From Macrostomum lignano (lineage: Eukaryota), in the NCBI GenBank assembly GCA_002269645.1, contig NIVC01003091.1, forward strand, positions 1 through 64,000: 64,000 bases of DNA, read 5' to 3'. How positions within the stretch are numbered: position 1 is the stretch's first letter; each line of letters begins with the position of its first letter. The notes under the pieces were generated by a model. The model had not been told where the DNA came from. It ran no database searches and saw only the letters and a program-made list of their open reading frames with translations. Positions 62,798-64,000 of this stretch are shown piece after piece. The translations under genes and the position numbers were made by a program.

Positions 62798-63760
62798 TTA
62801 GTCGGTAGCCGCAGCAGCGACAGCAGCAGCGACAGGTAAGTCGACCTTCTTAGTCTCGACGCTGGCTCCAGCATTAACCTCAGGGTGTTCGCCTCCATTA
62901 TCGGTTCCGCCATTCAGACTTGACGAGATTGCCTTCTCAGCAGCTTTCGACTGCTGCTGGCCATTCACTGAGTCGCCAGTGTCGCTGGTTTTACCGTTGG
63001 ATTCGGGTAGCTTGACATTCGGCTCCTCGTTAATAACAACTGGCTGCTCTTTCAACATGACTGGTTTAGCTTCCTCTGTAGTGACTACTGGCTTCTCTGG
63101 TTTATCAGTAGTATTATTATCATCATTGTTACTAGCATTTGTAGCTATCTGTGGCATCATGTCTAGTTTAGTTACATTGTTGGCTATTGGCTCCGGTGCT
63201 GTTGGCGGCTTCTCTACTACGGGATTAGCGGTGGTAGCTTCCGGTTCCGGTTTTTTAGGTTCTTGTCCGGGTTCCTTAGCCTCCGGATCGGGTTTTTTAG
63301 CCTCCGGTTCGGGTTTTTTAGGCTCCGGATCGGGTTTTTTAGCCTCCGGTTCGGGTTTTTTAGGCTCCGGATCGGGTTCCTTAGCTTCCGGTACAGGTTT
63401 CTCAGTTTCCGGTTGTTCTTTAGCGACCTCTTCAATCTCTGTTGGTTTCTCTTCCGCCACTGGCTTGGCCTCAGTGGTGTCCATTTTCTCTTCCGGTTGC
63501 TCATTCCCATTGGATTGTTCAACAACACCAGGCTGGTTGTCTTCAATTTCATTCTGCTGCTGCGGTTTCTCCGGGCTCAACGAAGTTTTTGCCTTCTTAG
63601 TTGGCGATGCGCGCGATTTTTTCGGCGACGGTTCGCCAGCAGATGATGCGGCTGGAGCGGTAGACGCCTGCGGCGGCGCCTCCTCTTCTTTGGCAGCCAG
63701 ACGCGATGAACGGCGTCGGGGCTCGGTAGGCTCACCAGCTGATCGCTTACCACGGGGCAT
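62798..63760 (-). CDS. Acidic low-complexity nuclear protein with HMGN-like N-terminus (320 aa)
   Basis: ATG at 63760 after acceptor-like ttagacag|. MPRGKRSAGEPTEPRRRSSRLAAK, SPKK/SPTKK basic segment, heptapeptide repeats PE(A/P)KK(P/E)(D/E) at ~63240-63390, E/P/K-rich body. Confidence 0.8.
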   Translation of the reverse strand: MPRGKRSAGEPTEPRRRSSRLAAKEEEAPPQASTAPAASSAGEPSPKKSRASPTKKAKTSLSPEKPQQQNEIEDNQPGVVEQSNGNEQPEEKMDTTEAKPVAEEKPTEIEEVAKEQPETEKPVPEAKEPDPEPKKPEPEAKKPDPEPKKPEPEAKKPDPEAKEPGQEPKKPEPEATTANPVVEKPPTAPEPIANNVTKLDMMPQIATNASNNDDNNTTDKPEKPVVTTEEAKPVMLKEQPVVINEEPNVKLPESNGKTSDTGDSVNGQQQSKAAEKAISSSLNGGTDNGGEHPEVNAGASVETKKVDLPVAAAVAAAATD

Positions 63761-64000
63761 CGTGCAGCGCAACTGTCTAATATGTATTGAAAACCTGACT
63801 TTGATTGGTTTGGATTTTTAGATTTTTACTTAGTGTTGCTAAATCAGCTGGAATATCGATGAAGATTAAACTTGACTATCGAATTTTTAAAAACAAGAAA
63901 GCAAAATCAAAAAGGGTATAGCCTATTTAGTCTATGGTCAAGGCTGGCTTACTCTCAAATGTGACCATAATACTTGAGTTGAGAAACGAAGTCTAGTGCT

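Noticed and set aside
62979-63821. 280-aa plus-strand ORF
   Set aside because: Antisense shadow of the E/P/K-rich gene; the same applies to shadow ORFs over the IAP, NHL, ankyrin, TRP and RBR exons.

Overview
Intron-containing, repeat-rich animal genomic DNA with no prokaryotic features. The style suggests a free-living flatworm such as Macrostomum, but this is an unverified impression. Many short ORFs in the track are exons that join in frame at canonical GT-AG introns. Genes read: selenoprotein K (exons 1164-2112, Sec TGA 2104, SECIS 3995-4048); IAP with BIR-BIR-UBA-RING (6511-8472 +); Zn-finger/coiled-coil/NHL protein (9445-11022 +); a four-exon ~1060-aa protein with ~20 ankyrin repeats fused to an intact caspase (17219-12810 -); a degenerate paralog of the RBR ligase N-terminus (18.3-19.8 kb); a three-exon TRPV-like channel (37760-24480 -) whose 9.6-kb intron contains a three-exon Ariadne-like RBR ligase (28341-31864 +); a small secreted acidic-pro/cationic-tail peptide; a Q-rich coiled-coil protein; nine-exon Nup133 (56708-45733 -); and an HMGN-like acidic protein (63760-62798 -). 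Mobile DNA: a tRNA-derived SINE with target-site duplication, MITEs and a Mutator transposase relic. About twenty tandem arrays generate most of the long spurious ORFs. Most interesting: the ankyrin-caspase fusion lying beside an IAP and an NHL protein, a candidate cell-death or immune module.
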